Source: Candidatus Tayloriibacteriota bacterium (GTDB lineage: Bacteria > Patescibacteriota > Minisyncoccia > Phycocordibacterales > PALSA-1337). Taken from it: a DNA stretch of 64,000 nucleotides. Positions 40,583 to 50,333 of this stretch are shown piece by piece; within the stretch, counting starts at the first letter, position 1; every line of letters begins with the position of its first letter. The notes under the pieces were generated by a model. It saw nothing but the letters and a program-made list of their open reading frames with translations. It did not search any database and was not told where the DNA came from. The translations under genes and the position numbers were made by a program. The stretch spans positions 155,787 to 219,786 of the forward strand of contig JACRJP010000004.1 of NCBI GenBank assembly GCA_016215455.1, read 5' to 3'.

Positions 40583-40909
40583 TTAGATCTTCAAGTCTGC
40601 CATTGCTTCATCGAGACTCTTTGAAGCTTTATCTGCCGACATCCCTCCAGCTGCTCCCTCACCTCCTGCTGGTTCGTTAATCTTAAGATTAACTCGAGAA
40701 TTGTTCTTCATACCAACTACACGGAGAAGTGTTCGTATTGCCTTTGCAGTATTTCCCTGTCGGCCAATAATCTTACCCATGTCAGCTGCGTTTACTTCAA
40801 GAGTCATGAGTACCCCCATCTCATCAACTGTTCGATTAATCTTCACGTCGTTCGGGTTATCTACCAAAGCTTTGATGGTGTAATCTAAGAATTTTGTATC
40901 TGCTTCCAT
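40583..40909 (-). CDS. KH-domain RNA-binding protein (KhpA / YlqC-like)
   Basis: GKIIGRQGNTAKAIRTLL is a KH GxxG-type motif. The gene sits between rpsP and trmD, as in the usual rpsP-ylqC-rimM-trmD operon; rimM is absent here. Confidence 0.7.
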   Translation of the reverse strand: MEADTKFLDYTIKALVDNPNDVKINRTVDEMGVLMTLEVNAADMGKIIGRQGNTAKAIRTLLRVVGMKNNSRVNLKINEPAGGEGAAGGMSADKASKSLDEAMADLKI

Positions 40910-41000
40910 GTAAGTATATTAATCTGCTAGTACGGTATAATTCTACCCCACACGAGGGGTACGTCAAACGAGTTTGTACACAGGCTATGAGAACTTTAGC

Positions 41001-41366
41001 TTATGCAGCAGGTGCTTCTACTGGGGCTTCAGCTGCCGGTGCAGCGGGTGCAGCAGCTACTGTTTCAGCTGGAACATCCTTCTTGATAGGAGTCTTCTTT
41101 GGGAGGGCGTTGACCTTCTTACCTGAAATCACCTTTCCATGAACAAGAAAATTATGGAGAGTATCAGAGAGTTTAGCTCCCTTTGAAATCCAGTACTTGA
41201 TCTTTTCTACATCGAGCTGCTTTACATCATTTTTGATGCGAGCATCGTATGAACCAAGCACTTCTACATACTTTCCACTCTTAGGTCCGTTCTTTGAATC
41301 AGTAAGAACTACACGAAACTTTGGTTCGTGTATTCGTCCAACGCGCTGTAATCGAATCATTAACAT
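41001..41366 (-). CDS. rpsP: 30S ribosomal protein S16 with Ala/Pro-rich C-terminal extension
   Basis: MLMIRLQRVGRIHEPKFRVVLTDSKN matches the S16 N-terminus. Confidence 0.9.
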   Translation of the reverse strand: MLMIRLQRVGRIHEPKFRVVLTDSKNGPKSGKYVEVLGSYDARIKNDVKQLDVEKIKYWISKGAKLSDTLHNFLVHGKVISGKKVNALPKKTPIKKDVPAETVAAAPAAPAAEAPVEAPAA

Positions 41367-41427
41367 GAGGGCTATACTACCAGACAGCTAGAAAAAAGGC
41401 AAGATATATGCTAGCCTTAGGCTATAA

Positions 41428-43407
41428 ATGAAATTATCTATAGTAGAGGGCGTTATATCAACGACAAGTAAAGGTTTCGGCTTTATTGAAGATCCAGAGA
41501 ACGCAGACAAAGACATATTTATTGAGGTTGGTAATCTCAATACAGCACTTAATGGTGACACTGTTAAGGTTAAGGTGCATGGAACTCTCAGCCCTAAAGG
41601 AAAAACAGGCGAGGTTGTTGAAGTGGTAAGTCGTGCCAAAGAACTTTTTGTTGGAACGGTAACTCTAGAAAAAGGAGCTATCGTAGTTGTCCCGGATGAT
41701 AAGAGAATGTATGTATCTATTAGTATTCCAGCAAAAAATACTCCTACTGAAGTTAAAAACGGTGATAAAGTATATCTTCAGCTTTCTCCATGGACAGATC
41801 CGAAACAAAATCCTCAAGGGACAATCCTTCGAGTACTCGGACAAAAAGGTATCAATGATGTTGAAATGGAGTCGATCGTACTTGAAAAAGGATTCGACAC
41901 TAAGTTCCCTGCTGGAGTTGAAAAAGAAGCCCACGAAATCGAAAAAAGAAAGCAACAATCTCTCGACGAAGAGCTCAAGACTCGCCGAGATATGCGCTCA
42001 ACCCTTACACTCACTATCGACCCATTTGATGCAAAAGACTTCGATGATGCAATCTCTTTTGTTGATCACAAAGATGGTACATATGAGATAGGGGTTCATA
42101 TTGCTGATGTGTCATATTACGTCACTGAAGGCTCAGCACTCGATAAAGAAGCTATCCATCGAGGTTGTTCAATCTACCTTGTCGACCGAACAATTCCGAT
42201 GCTTCCTGAAATTCTTTCAAACGATGTATGTAGTCTTAATCCAGGATCAGATAAACTCGCTTTTTCAGCCGTCTTCACCATGAATGATCAAGGTGCGGTA
42301 CTCAAGCGATGGTTTGGTCGCACAGTTATTAATTCCGCATTTCGTTTTACCTATGAAACAGCTCAGGCTGTCATTGATGACAAAACCTCATCAGATCACG
42401 AACATGCAAAAGTAAGTAATCCTGTAGAGGGACTCAAATATCGACCAGAACTTCTCAAACTCAACACTATTGCCAAAATTCTCCAGAAAGAAAAGTTTGC
42501 AAAGGGTGCAATTGAATTCGAACAAGACGAAATCAAATTCAAACTTGATGCACACGGTAAACCAATTGGAGTGTATCGTAAATCACGCCTTGATACCCAC
42601 AAACTTGTTGAGGAATACATGCTCCTCGCAAACCGAGAAGTGGCAAAATATATTTCTGATGAAATTATTCGCAAGGGTCATAAACATGCAGCTTCGGTAT
42701 ACCGTATTCACGATGTACCTGACAAAGAAAAGATTCTTGATCTTTCTCTTTTTGCCAAAGCACTTGGGTATGATCTGCACGTAGGAGAAAAGGGTGTCAC
42801 TGTACATGCCCTCAAGAGTCTCATCAAACAAGTTGAAGGAACTCCTCACGAATCACTCATCAAGACAGCAACTGTACGTTCAATGCAAAAAGCTATCTAT
42901 TCAACCAAGAATATCGGGCACTTTGGACTCGCTTTTGAATTCTATACACACTTCACTTCCCCAATCCGTCGTTACCCCGACCTCCTTGTTCATCGCATTC
43001 TTGAGAATCATTTGAAACACAATAAGTTTGGTGATAAAGAAATGGCGATCTTCCAACATATCGCTGATAAATCAACACAACGTGAAATCTCTGCAGCTGA
43101 AGCCGAGCGTGCTTCAATCAAACTCAAGCAAGTTGAATACATGGCGGACAAAGTCGGTAAAGAATTCGATGGTACCATCTCAGGTGTTACTGAATGGGGT
43201 ATGTACGTTGAAGAAAATGAATCAAAGTCTGAAGGAATGATCAAGCTTCGTGACTTGAGTGATGACTTCTATAGTTTTAACAAGAAAACATATTCTCTCA
43301 TTGGTCAGAAGACAGGTAAAACCTACACCCTCGGTGGTCCTGTTCGCTTTAAAGTTGTCGCGGCTGATCTCGATAAAAAAGTACTCGATTTTGTACTTGT
43401 ACCATAA
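41428..43407 (+). CDS. rnr: Ribonuclease R / RNase II family exoribonuclease
   Basis: Cold-shock / OB N-terminus, an RNB catalytic domain (DFDDAISFVD...HIADVSYYV) and a C-terminal S1 domain. Confidence 0.9.
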   Translation: MKLSIVEGVISTTSKGFGFIEDPENADKDIFIEVGNLNTALNGDTVKVKVHGTLSPKGKTGEVVEVVSRAKELFVGTVTLEKGAIVVVPDDKRMYVSISIPAKNTPTEVKNGDKVYLQLSPWTDPKQNPQGTILRVLGQKGINDVEMESIVLEKGFDTKFPAGVEKEAHEIEKRKQQSLDEELKTRRDMRSTLTLTIDPFDAKDFDDAISFVDHKDGTYEIGVHIADVSYYVTEGSALDKEAIHRGCSIYLVDRTIPMLPEILSNDVCSLNPGSDKLAFSAVFTMNDQGAVLKRWFGRTVINSAFRFTYETAQAVIDDKTSSDHEHAKVSNPVEGLKYRPELLKLNTIAKILQKEKFAKGAIEFEQDEIKFKLDAHGKPIGVYRKSRLDTHKLVEEYMLLANREVAKYISDEIIRKGHKHAASVYRIHDVPDKEKILDLSLFAKALGYDLHVGEKGVTVHALKSLIKQVEGTPHESLIKTATVRSMQKAIYSTKNIGHFGLAFEFYTHFTSPIRRYPDLLVHRILENHLKHNKFGDKEMAIFQHIADKSTQREISAAEAERASIKLKQVEYMADKVGKEFDGTISGVTEWGMYVEENESKSEGMIKLRDLSDDFYSFNKKTYSLIGQKTGKTYTLGGPVRFKVVAADLDKKVLDFVLVP

Positions 43408-43413
43408 GCACTA

Positions 43414-45582
43414 CTAAAGAACAGTCTCTGACGAAGTTGCAACTTCCTCCACAGTTGATACAGGCTCAGGAGTTGGGGTTACTTCTTCAATTGTTGTTAC
43501 AGGAGCTGGAATTACTTCCTCAGTAGTTGTTGCAGGGGTTTCAGACGACACTTCAGGTTTTACCAACTCAACTAAAGTAGTAGTACCAACATCTATTGCT
43601 ACAGGTGTCGTTGTAGATGTATCTGGTATGACGACAATTTCTGGAGTAGCCACAGTGTTACTTACAACATTTGCGCTGCCGCACTGTCCCATTCTCTTAA
43701 ACCAATCACCGTTACGGATAGTAAAACAGTATGTATCTCCTGTTGCTTCATCTTTCATTTCAATACCACCAGCTGACAAACTCTTAGTTGTAACATTATT
43801 ACTTATTACCTTATCAACTTCTATCGTAGAAGTTGCTGTATACGTCATATGACCCTTAAGAAAATCTATCTGTGACTGGAGTTCCTGCATCCCCTTTACA
43901 ATATATGGAATAACTTGAGCATACAGAACTGATTTAATTCCACTAGCATCTGTTCTCACGAGTTCAGGAAACACTCGTTCAACATCCTGAGCCAAGAAAC
44001 CAACCTGTTGATCAGAATCAGGATTTGATTTCCAATTAAAATACACTGATCGTAATGTGAGAAGTTTACCTAACGATGATTTTGGTAGTTCTGTTATATT
44101 CGTTTTGAGATTTTCATCAGATGTACATGAGAAACCTGTACCAGCAACAACAGTACACTGAGTACCTCCTGACCCTTCAAAACGTGCCACGTTGGTCGTT
44201 GTGGTTGTTGAAACATGAAGGCGATATAAAGGAGACGCTATTCCAATACCCAAACTTCCACGAGCTGCAGAAGTACCTTCATCAACATAGTCTGAATACA
44301 AGACATTACCGATATTCATACCATTCGATCGATTAGTAAATCCTGTACCCGCACCAATTAAAATATTATTTGATCCAGTTGTAAGATTGTTACCTGCACT
44401 AGAACCAATTACCACATTACTACTTCCTGTATTAATATCGTCCGCAGCAGAAGAACCGATGACAACATTGTACCCACCGGAAGAAATATACTCTCCCGAT
44501 TCACTACCGATGGCCACGTTTCCTTTTCCTGAAGTCAGACGAGTTAGTGCCTGATATCCAATAGCAGTAGAATTGTAATTATACCCAGACCCTATACCAG
44601 CCATTGCTTCATACCCTATTGCCACCGAATAATTACCTGATCCACTTTCGAGATTATTTGCTGCGTATGATCCTACAAATACCGCACTATTAGGTACATA
44701 TGTCTGGCTTGTATTATTACTATATATGTTATCACCAATCAAAACACTATAACCATTACCGCTGTCGAGATACGGTGCCACATTATCTCCTACCAAAGTC
44801 ATACCATACATACTACTAGTAATAGAACCTAACCCTGTCCTTCCTATTAAGGTTACATCTTGTTCTGGAAAAACTCGAAAAACAGGACTTGATGAAGCAG
44901 TTATAAAGCTTCCATTTGTTAACTCTAATCTTCCACTGACCGTTGTTGTTCCAACAACAGCTAGAGCTGATACAGGTGAAGTTGTTCCTATACCCAAAAA
45001 CCCAGTCACTGTTACATCATCTGAGAATGAAGTATCTCCAGAAAACGAAGCTCCTGTTACAGAAGGACTTGCGATTGTTGAATTAGAAATTGTAGCACCG
45101 CTGATGTTTGATACGTTTGCAGTAATTGCCTGACTTATCGAACGACGATCTGAATCATTCTGTCGTGTTTGATGAGCTCGTAATGCAGTAAGTTCGTTTC
45201 GAAACTGTTGCATCGCCATAGCATCAACCGTATTAAATACTTGCGTAATTGGTGATACGTAAATTGGTTTTTCTATTTCCCGTACTAACGTCTCACGAAT
45301 CACAGTTGTTGTAGCGTATAACACAGGAGAGGTAGACGAAGCTGTACTTGTCGCACTTAAATCACTCAATATCGCTTGAGATGTCTGTAGAGCACTAACG
45401 GTATTTGCTACAGAAGCAGCAGATCCTTCTGACAATACATTACGTACAACACCGAATATAGATGTGATTTTTTTACCAAGATCTTCAAATGAAAAAGCAT
45501 GGGTAACGGATGGTACAAGACACACGACCATTGCAATAGCTACAACTCGACGTATCAACTTTGTATTATTAAATATTCTCAT
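43414..45582 (-). CDS. Secreted tail-fibre-like surface protein: Hep_Hag-like Gly-rich repeats plus Peptidase_S74 intramolecular chaperone domain plus Thr/Pro-rich tail
   Basis: Signal peptide MRIFNNTKLIRRVVAIAMVVCLVPSVTHA. Repeats such as NVVIGSSAADDINTGSSNVVIGSSAGNNLTTGSNNILIGAGTG. S74-like segment SDENLKTNITELPKSSLGKLLTLRSVYFNWKSNPDSDQQVGFLAQDVERVFPELV. Confidence 0.55.
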   Translation of the reverse strand: MRIFNNTKLIRRVVAIAMVVCLVPSVTHAFSFEDLGKKITSIFGVVRNVLSEGSAASVANTVSALQTSQAILSDLSATSTASSTSPVLYATTTVIRETLVREIEKPIYVSPITQVFNTVDAMAMQQFRNELTALRAHQTRQNDSDRRSISQAITANVSNISGATISNSTIASPSVTGASFSGDTSFSDDVTVTGFLGIGTTSPVSALAVVGTTTVSGRLELTNGSFITASSSPVFRVFPEQDVTLIGRTGLGSITSSMYGMTLVGDNVAPYLDSGNGYSVLIGDNIYSNNTSQTYVPNSAVFVGSYAANNLESGSGNYSVAIGYEAMAGIGSGYNYNSTAIGYQALTRLTSGKGNVAIGSESGEYISSGGYNVVIGSSAADDINTGSSNVVIGSSAGNNLTTGSNNILIGAGTGFTNRSNGMNIGNVLYSDYVDEGTSAARGSLGIGIASPLYRLHVSTTTTTNVARFEGSGGTQCTVVAGTGFSCTSDENLKTNITELPKSSLGKLLTLRSVYFNWKSNPDSDQQVGFLAQDVERVFPELVRTDASGIKSVLYAQVIPYIVKGMQELQSQIDFLKGHMTYTATSTIEVDKVISNNVTTKSLSAGGIEMKDEATGDTYCFTIRNGDWFKRMGQCGSANVVSNTVATPEIVVIPDTSTTTPVAIDVGTTTLVELVKPEVSSETPATTTEEVIPAPVTTIEEVTPTPEPVSTVEEVATSSETVL

Positions 45583-45646
45583 ATAATTTTAGAGCTTCTT
45601 ACTAACAATAATACCATACGGCTCTACACCGAATCGATGTGGATAT

Positions 45647-47914
45647 CTATTTCGCTACCTTTACTGCTTCATCAAATTGAATTGAAAGAAGTTTTGATCC
45701 CCCATCAGCTCCCATAGTTACTCCGTAGAGGGTTCCGGCACGTGACATTGTTTCGCGGTTATGAGTAATGAGAATAAGCTGAGAATACTTCGCGAGACTT
45801 TCGATCATGTCTCCATATTTTCGAGAATTAGCTTCATCGAGTGCTGCGTCTGTTTCATCAAGAATGATAAATGGAGGTGGATTTACTTGAGAAATAGCAA
45901 AGAGAAGTGCAATCGATGTCAGTGCTCGTTCTCCACCTGAAAGCATCATAAGACTTTTTACTTTCTTTCGTGGAAGATTTACCGCAATCTCAATCCCCTC
46001 TCGACCATCTTCATCTTCAGTATTCTCAGGTAGCGGTGCCTCATCATCAAGAAGAACGCTAAGATCTGTGTCACTTTTCTTACGTTTCTTCTCTCGAATC
46101 ACCTGAAGCTCAGCAGAACCTCCCCCGAACATAAGCGAGAAGAAATGAGAAAACTGGGCATTGATTTTGAGAATCCCCTCTTTGAATTCAAGATCGAGAC
46201 GAGTGTCGAGATCAGCAATAAGATTTTCAAGAGACTGCTTGGCTAAAACAAGGTCAGTAAGTTCTTTCTCAAGAAATGCATCACGTTCTTCTACTTCTTT
46301 GCATTCCTTAAGTACATCATCAGCGTTACCTGTTCCTGAATCTTCAATACGGATTTTAAGTTTTTCAAGTACACGTTTACGATCCTCCTGAGCTTGTCGA
46401 GGTTCGACAAAATGAGGATCAACAACAATACTCTTTACGTCAACCGCCTCTCGTCCTGCAAGAATATATGCTTCATTAAGTTCACGCTTGTACGCATCCT
46501 CTTCAAGAGAAATCCGTTCACTGCGACCATTCAATGTATTAAGAATTGATCGTACTTCATTCTGGCGGGCAATAATACGAAACACTTCCTTTTCAGCATC
46601 ACGATTTGAATCTTTTTCTCGTTCAATAGAATCTTTGAGGACTGCGTAACGATGACCAAGTTCTTTTTCACGAACTTCCGCATTCTCACTTTGAGCAGTA
46701 AGTTTTTTCTTTGAATCTTCAAGTTTGTTAATTTCAGCTTCAGTGGTAACACCCTTGTCAGTCGGTGCTGTCGTAGTTTTATGAAGAGAAATAAAACCAA
46801 AGAGTAATTCTTTGATACTTCCAAAAATACTCTGAAGCTCTTCAACTGACTTCTTTTCAAAAGAATGTCCAATGTGTTGGTCAACTTTACGAACGATTTC
46901 TTCAACATCCTTGAGGTACACAGTTTTAGAATCCTCACGTGCCTGCTGTTCTCTTTCTTTTGCAATGACGCGCTTAAGAGCTCCAATTTCTCCATCAATC
47001 TGACCAAGTTCACGTGTATACCCATCTCGTTCACGTCGAATATCAGCAAGTGCCTTTTCAAGAGCAATTACTTCATTACTTGTACCATCTTTGTTTTTTG
47101 ATTTCTCGAGTACAGATCGAGCGTGTTCAAGTTCTTTATCAAGCCGAGCTAATTCATGTGCTGGTTGTGCTTTTTCTTTAGCGATAGTATTTTTCTCACG
47201 AGCCAAATATATTTCTTCACGTTTAAGATATTCACGATATAGGCCTCGCAATTCTTCTCGCATTTCACGAACTTTCTCCGCTTTTTCTACCTGCTTTTTG
47301 AGAAATTTGAGATGTGGAGCAATCTCCTTTCGAAGTGACTCAACTTGCTCCATATTTTCTTCTGTTTTCTCGAGCTTACGAATACTTTCCTGCTTTTTAT
47401 AGTGATAGACCTTGAGACCAAGAGCATCTTCGATCATCTCACGTCGTTCATGCATGTTTGCTGAAAGAATTCGATCAGCTTCACCTTGAGAGATAATATG
47501 ATGACCTGACGCGCCAATATGTGCTCCAGCAAGAAGTTCGATGACATCTTTAAGACGAACTTGGCTACCATTAATGAGATACTCATTAATTCCATCTCGA
47601 TGAACAAGACGTTCAATTGTTACTTCATCAAAATCAATATTGAGAATTCTCTTCGCATTATCAAACACAACCTTGACCGAGGCACGATTCACACGACCAG
47701 CTTCAGCGCTGCCATTGAAAATAAGATCTTCTCCCCGCTTACCACGCATCGATTTGATTGATTGCTCTCCAAGTACAAAACGAAAAGCTTCCGCGACGTT
47801 TGATTTACCAGAACCATTTGGTCCTACGATTGATGCGATGGGAGAAGTAAAAGAAAGCGTTGCCTTTTTGGCAAACGACTTGAATCCAGAAATCTCGAGT
47901 GACTTCAAATACAT
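45647..47914 (-). CDS. smc: Chromosome segregation ATPase SMC (short, 755 aa)
   Basis: N-terminal Walker A GPNGSGKSN, a long coiled-coil, and the C-terminal signature LSGGERALTSIALLFA followed by Walker B ILDETDAALD. Confidence 0.8.
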   Translation of the reverse strand: MYLKSLEISGFKSFAKKATLSFTSPIASIVGPNGSGKSNVAEAFRFVLGEQSIKSMRGKRGEDLIFNGSAEAGRVNRASVKVVFDNAKRILNIDFDEVTIERLVHRDGINEYLINGSQVRLKDVIELLAGAHIGASGHHIISQGEADRILSANMHERREMIEDALGLKVYHYKKQESIRKLEKTEENMEQVESLRKEIAPHLKFLKKQVEKAEKVREMREELRGLYREYLKREEIYLAREKNTIAKEKAQPAHELARLDKELEHARSVLEKSKNKDGTSNEVIALEKALADIRRERDGYTRELGQIDGEIGALKRVIAKEREQQAREDSKTVYLKDVEEIVRKVDQHIGHSFEKKSVEELQSIFGSIKELLFGFISLHKTTTAPTDKGVTTEAEINKLEDSKKKLTAQSENAEVREKELGHRYAVLKDSIEREKDSNRDAEKEVFRIIARQNEVRSILNTLNGRSERISLEEDAYKRELNEAYILAGREAVDVKSIVVDPHFVEPRQAQEDRKRVLEKLKIRIEDSGTGNADDVLKECKEVEERDAFLEKELTDLVLAKQSLENLIADLDTRLDLEFKEGILKINAQFSHFFSLMFGGGSAELQVIREKKRKKSDTDLSVLLDDEAPLPENTEDEDGREGIEIAVNLPRKKVKSLMMLSGGERALTSIALLFAISQVNPPPFIILDETDAALDEANSRKYGDMIESLAKYSQLILITHNRETMSRAGTLYGVTMGADGGSKLLSIQFDEAVKVAK

Positions 47915-48042
47915 GGCACTATTTTAGCATATAAATAAACTTGTCTGATGATTTCAAATAATATTTGACATACATAAAATATCATGTAATGATACTCTTT
48001 AGAAAATTAACCTCAGTCGTAATTACGATTCACATTTCAGAT

Positions 48043-48276
48043 ATGAAATCTCGTATTTGGTCTCTTCTCATCCTGATACTGTTCCTCATTGCGTGCACTG
48101 TAGGTGCACTTCAATTACACCAGTGGGCGCAGAATGATCCAGAGAACAGCGAAACACCTCTCGGAATTTGGTGGATGTTTCTCTTTTTTGTTGGAGGGGG
48201 TATTATCGCAGAAACATGCAACCTTATTACATTCATCAGAGAATCACGTAAACGTCGTAGTCAAACAGCACTTTAG
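48043..48276 (+). CDS. Hypothetical small 2-TM membrane protein
   Basis: Start chosen at MKSRIWSLLILILF. No homology recognised. Confidence 0.2.
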   Translation: MKSRIWSLLILILFLIACTVGALQLHQWAQNDPENSETPLGIWWMFLFFVGGGIIAETCNLITFIRESRKRRSQTAL

Positions 48277-48292
48277 TTTTGAAAATTTTTAT

Positions 48293-48997
48293 TTACCACC
48301 CCTTCACTTCAAGTGCCTTCTCGGCCGCTTTTTGTTCTGCTTCTTGTTTTGAGAGTCCTGCACCAGTCGCTATTTGTACATCACCGAGAAATACAGCAAG
48401 AGTAAATTGCTTACTATGATCTGGTCCTGTTTCCTTAAGTGTCTTATACGACGGTGTAATACCATGAACCTCCTGAGCTTTTTCTTGAAAACGACTCTTT
48501 GCATCAAGCCATAGTTTCTTCGCTACAATCTCTTCAATATCAATGACCTCAAGAATGTGTTGAGAAATAAAATTTGCAGCAGCTCCATATCCTTGATCAA
48601 CGTAGATAGCGCCGATAATAGCCTCAATTGCATCAGCGAGAATAATGCCACGAGCACGACCATTGTCACGTGATTCACCACGAGAAAGAAGGATGTAATT
48701 ATTAACCTCAAGATACTGGGCTACTTTTGAAAGACTTACTGTATTCACAATAGCCGAACGATACGCGGTCAAATCACCTTCTGCATGACCAGGGTATTTT
48801 TGAAAAAGGAAAAATGTTACTACAAGTTCAAGTACTGCATCTCCAAGAAATTCAAGACGTTCGTTATGTTCCAAACCAAGTCCTTTATTTTCATTTATAT
48901 ATGAACGATGCGTACATGCACGTCGAAGAATAGCCTTATCCTTAAAGGATACGCCTATTTTTCTCTCTAATTCTTCAAAATTTACATATTGCTTCAT
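48293..48997 (-). CDS. rnc: Ribonuclease III
   Basis: ERLEFLGDAVLELVV RNase III signature and a C-terminal dsRBD. Confidence 0.92.
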   Translation of the reverse strand: MKQYVNFEELERKIGVSFKDKAILRRACTHRSYINENKGLGLEHNERLEFLGDAVLELVVTFFLFQKYPGHAEGDLTAYRSAIVNTVSLSKVAQYLEVNNYILLSRGESRDNGRARGIILADAIEAIIGAIYVDQGYGAAANFISQHILEVIDIEEIVAKKLWLDAKSRFQEKAQEVHGITPSYKTLKETGPDHSKQFTLAVFLGDVQIATGAGLSKQEAEQKAAEKALEVKGW

Positions 48998-49034
48998 GTA
49001 TAAGATGACTATACCAAACTACAATCCTTATGTC

Positions 49035-49964
49035 CTACTTAACCACCTTCTCCTTGGCAGTTTTTTTCTCGGTAAGTAACATCACTGCTTTTGTGACAAT
49101 CGGAAGAATGTCGTTATAGAAATTGAGTTCAAGAATATCAGTGAGACGAAACCATCGAGCATCATCTAGTCCTCCACTTGTACCAAGAGTGATCTGATCA
49201 AAATTAGCCTTTCCTAGATAGTAGTGTACCTGCTTACGAAGTTTTCCTTTCTCAGGATCAGAAGCAATATATTCATTACTTCCCAAGTCTTCGATAATCT
49301 CAATATCAAGACCCATCTCTTCTTTGATCTCACGAATAGTTCCGGCTGGTACATCCTCGTCAGGTTCTATCTTACCTTTTGAAAGAGTCCAATGTCCGAA
49401 TACATCATGTACAAGTGCGAGATATATTTCTCCTTCATTGTGAGCATACACCACAGCACCTCCAAGTTTCTGAATTGGCATCTTCTCATATGGAATATCA
49501 GGAATCTTTACTTTCTTTTTGCGAGGAGCTGCATCTTTACCTGGTTCACCGAGTTCTTTATACACTGATCCAAGTACACCGTTAATGAACTTACTACTAT
49601 TTTCACCACCGAATGTTTTAGCAAGTTCGATTGATTCATTGATCGCTACTTTTGCAGGAACTTCATCACGATTAGCAAAAATGAGTTCATACAAACCAAG
49701 ACGAAGGATATTACGATCAACAGGAGAAATTTTGTCGAGAGGCCAATCTGGAGCAGCTTTTTCAATGACATTATCAAGATCAGGTCGTTTAGAAATTATA
49801 TTCTTTGCAAGATCTTCGATAAAAGAAAAGTCGCCCATACCAGGAGCATACTCCTCTGCATTGCGGGCGACAATTTTCTTTATTTCTTCATCATGGCGAC
49901 CTCTGAAATCCCACTCAAAGAGTGATTGTAGAACTACGGAGCGTGAGAGATGTCGATTTGCCAT
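49035..49964 (-). CDS. nusB: NusB transcription antitermination factor fused to a C-terminal Nudix hydrolase domain
   Basis: N-terminal half is NusB-like (SRSVVLQSLFEWDF...RNILRLGLYEL). C-terminal half has the Nudix box GKIEPDEDVPAGTIREIKEEMGL. Start chosen at MANRHL (49964); the ORF is open to 49994. Confidence 0.8.
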   Translation of the reverse strand: MANRHLSRSVVLQSLFEWDFRGRHDEEIKKIVARNAEEYAPGMGDFSFIEDLAKNIISKRPDLDNVIEKAAPDWPLDKISPVDRNILRLGLYELIFANRDEVPAKVAINESIELAKTFGGENSSKFINGVLGSVYKELGEPGKDAAPRKKKVKIPDIPYEKMPIQKLGGAVVYAHNEGEIYLALVHDVFGHWTLSKGKIEPDEDVPAGTIREIKEEMGLDIEIIEDLGSNEYIASDPEKGKLRKQVHYYLGKANFDQITLGTSGGLDDARWFRLTDILELNFYNDILPIVTKAVMLLTEKKTAKEKVVK

Positions 49965-50002
49965 ATTTTTGTGAAGATCTTCTATAAAACCCAACCTGTC
50001 AT

Positions 50003-50233
50003 CTATCGTGCTACTGTTGTTTCTTTTGCTTTTGCCTTATTGAGCTTCTTATCAACTGCAGCTTTCATATCAACTACCATTCTCCCTTTATAATACCCAC
50101 ATTGACCACACATAACGTGAGAGCGGTGCAGAGCAGCGCAATTTGAACACTTTGAAAGACGAGCATCACTCAAAGCGTGATGTGATCGTCGATTGTCTCG
50201 GTGAGCCCGAGTAGCACGCATTCTGTTTACCAT
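50003..50233 (-). CDS. rpmF: 50S ribosomal protein L32 (zinc-ribbon type)
   Basis: RDNRRSHHAL matches the L32 signature, followed by the Cys cluster CSNC...CGQCGYYKGR. Start taken at MVNRMRA. Confidence 0.85.
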   Translation of the reverse strand: MVNRMRATRAHRDNRRSHHALSDARLSKCSNCAALHRSHVMCGQCGYYKGRMVVDMKAAVDKKLNKAKAKETTVAR

Positions 50234-50333
50234 ATACCCGCCAGTATACATTAATTTCCCATAAAGGCAAGAGGTTACAGGCCATATACGGTATAAAGAG
50301 AATATCTGTAAAATTAATAAAAATTTGGCTCAT

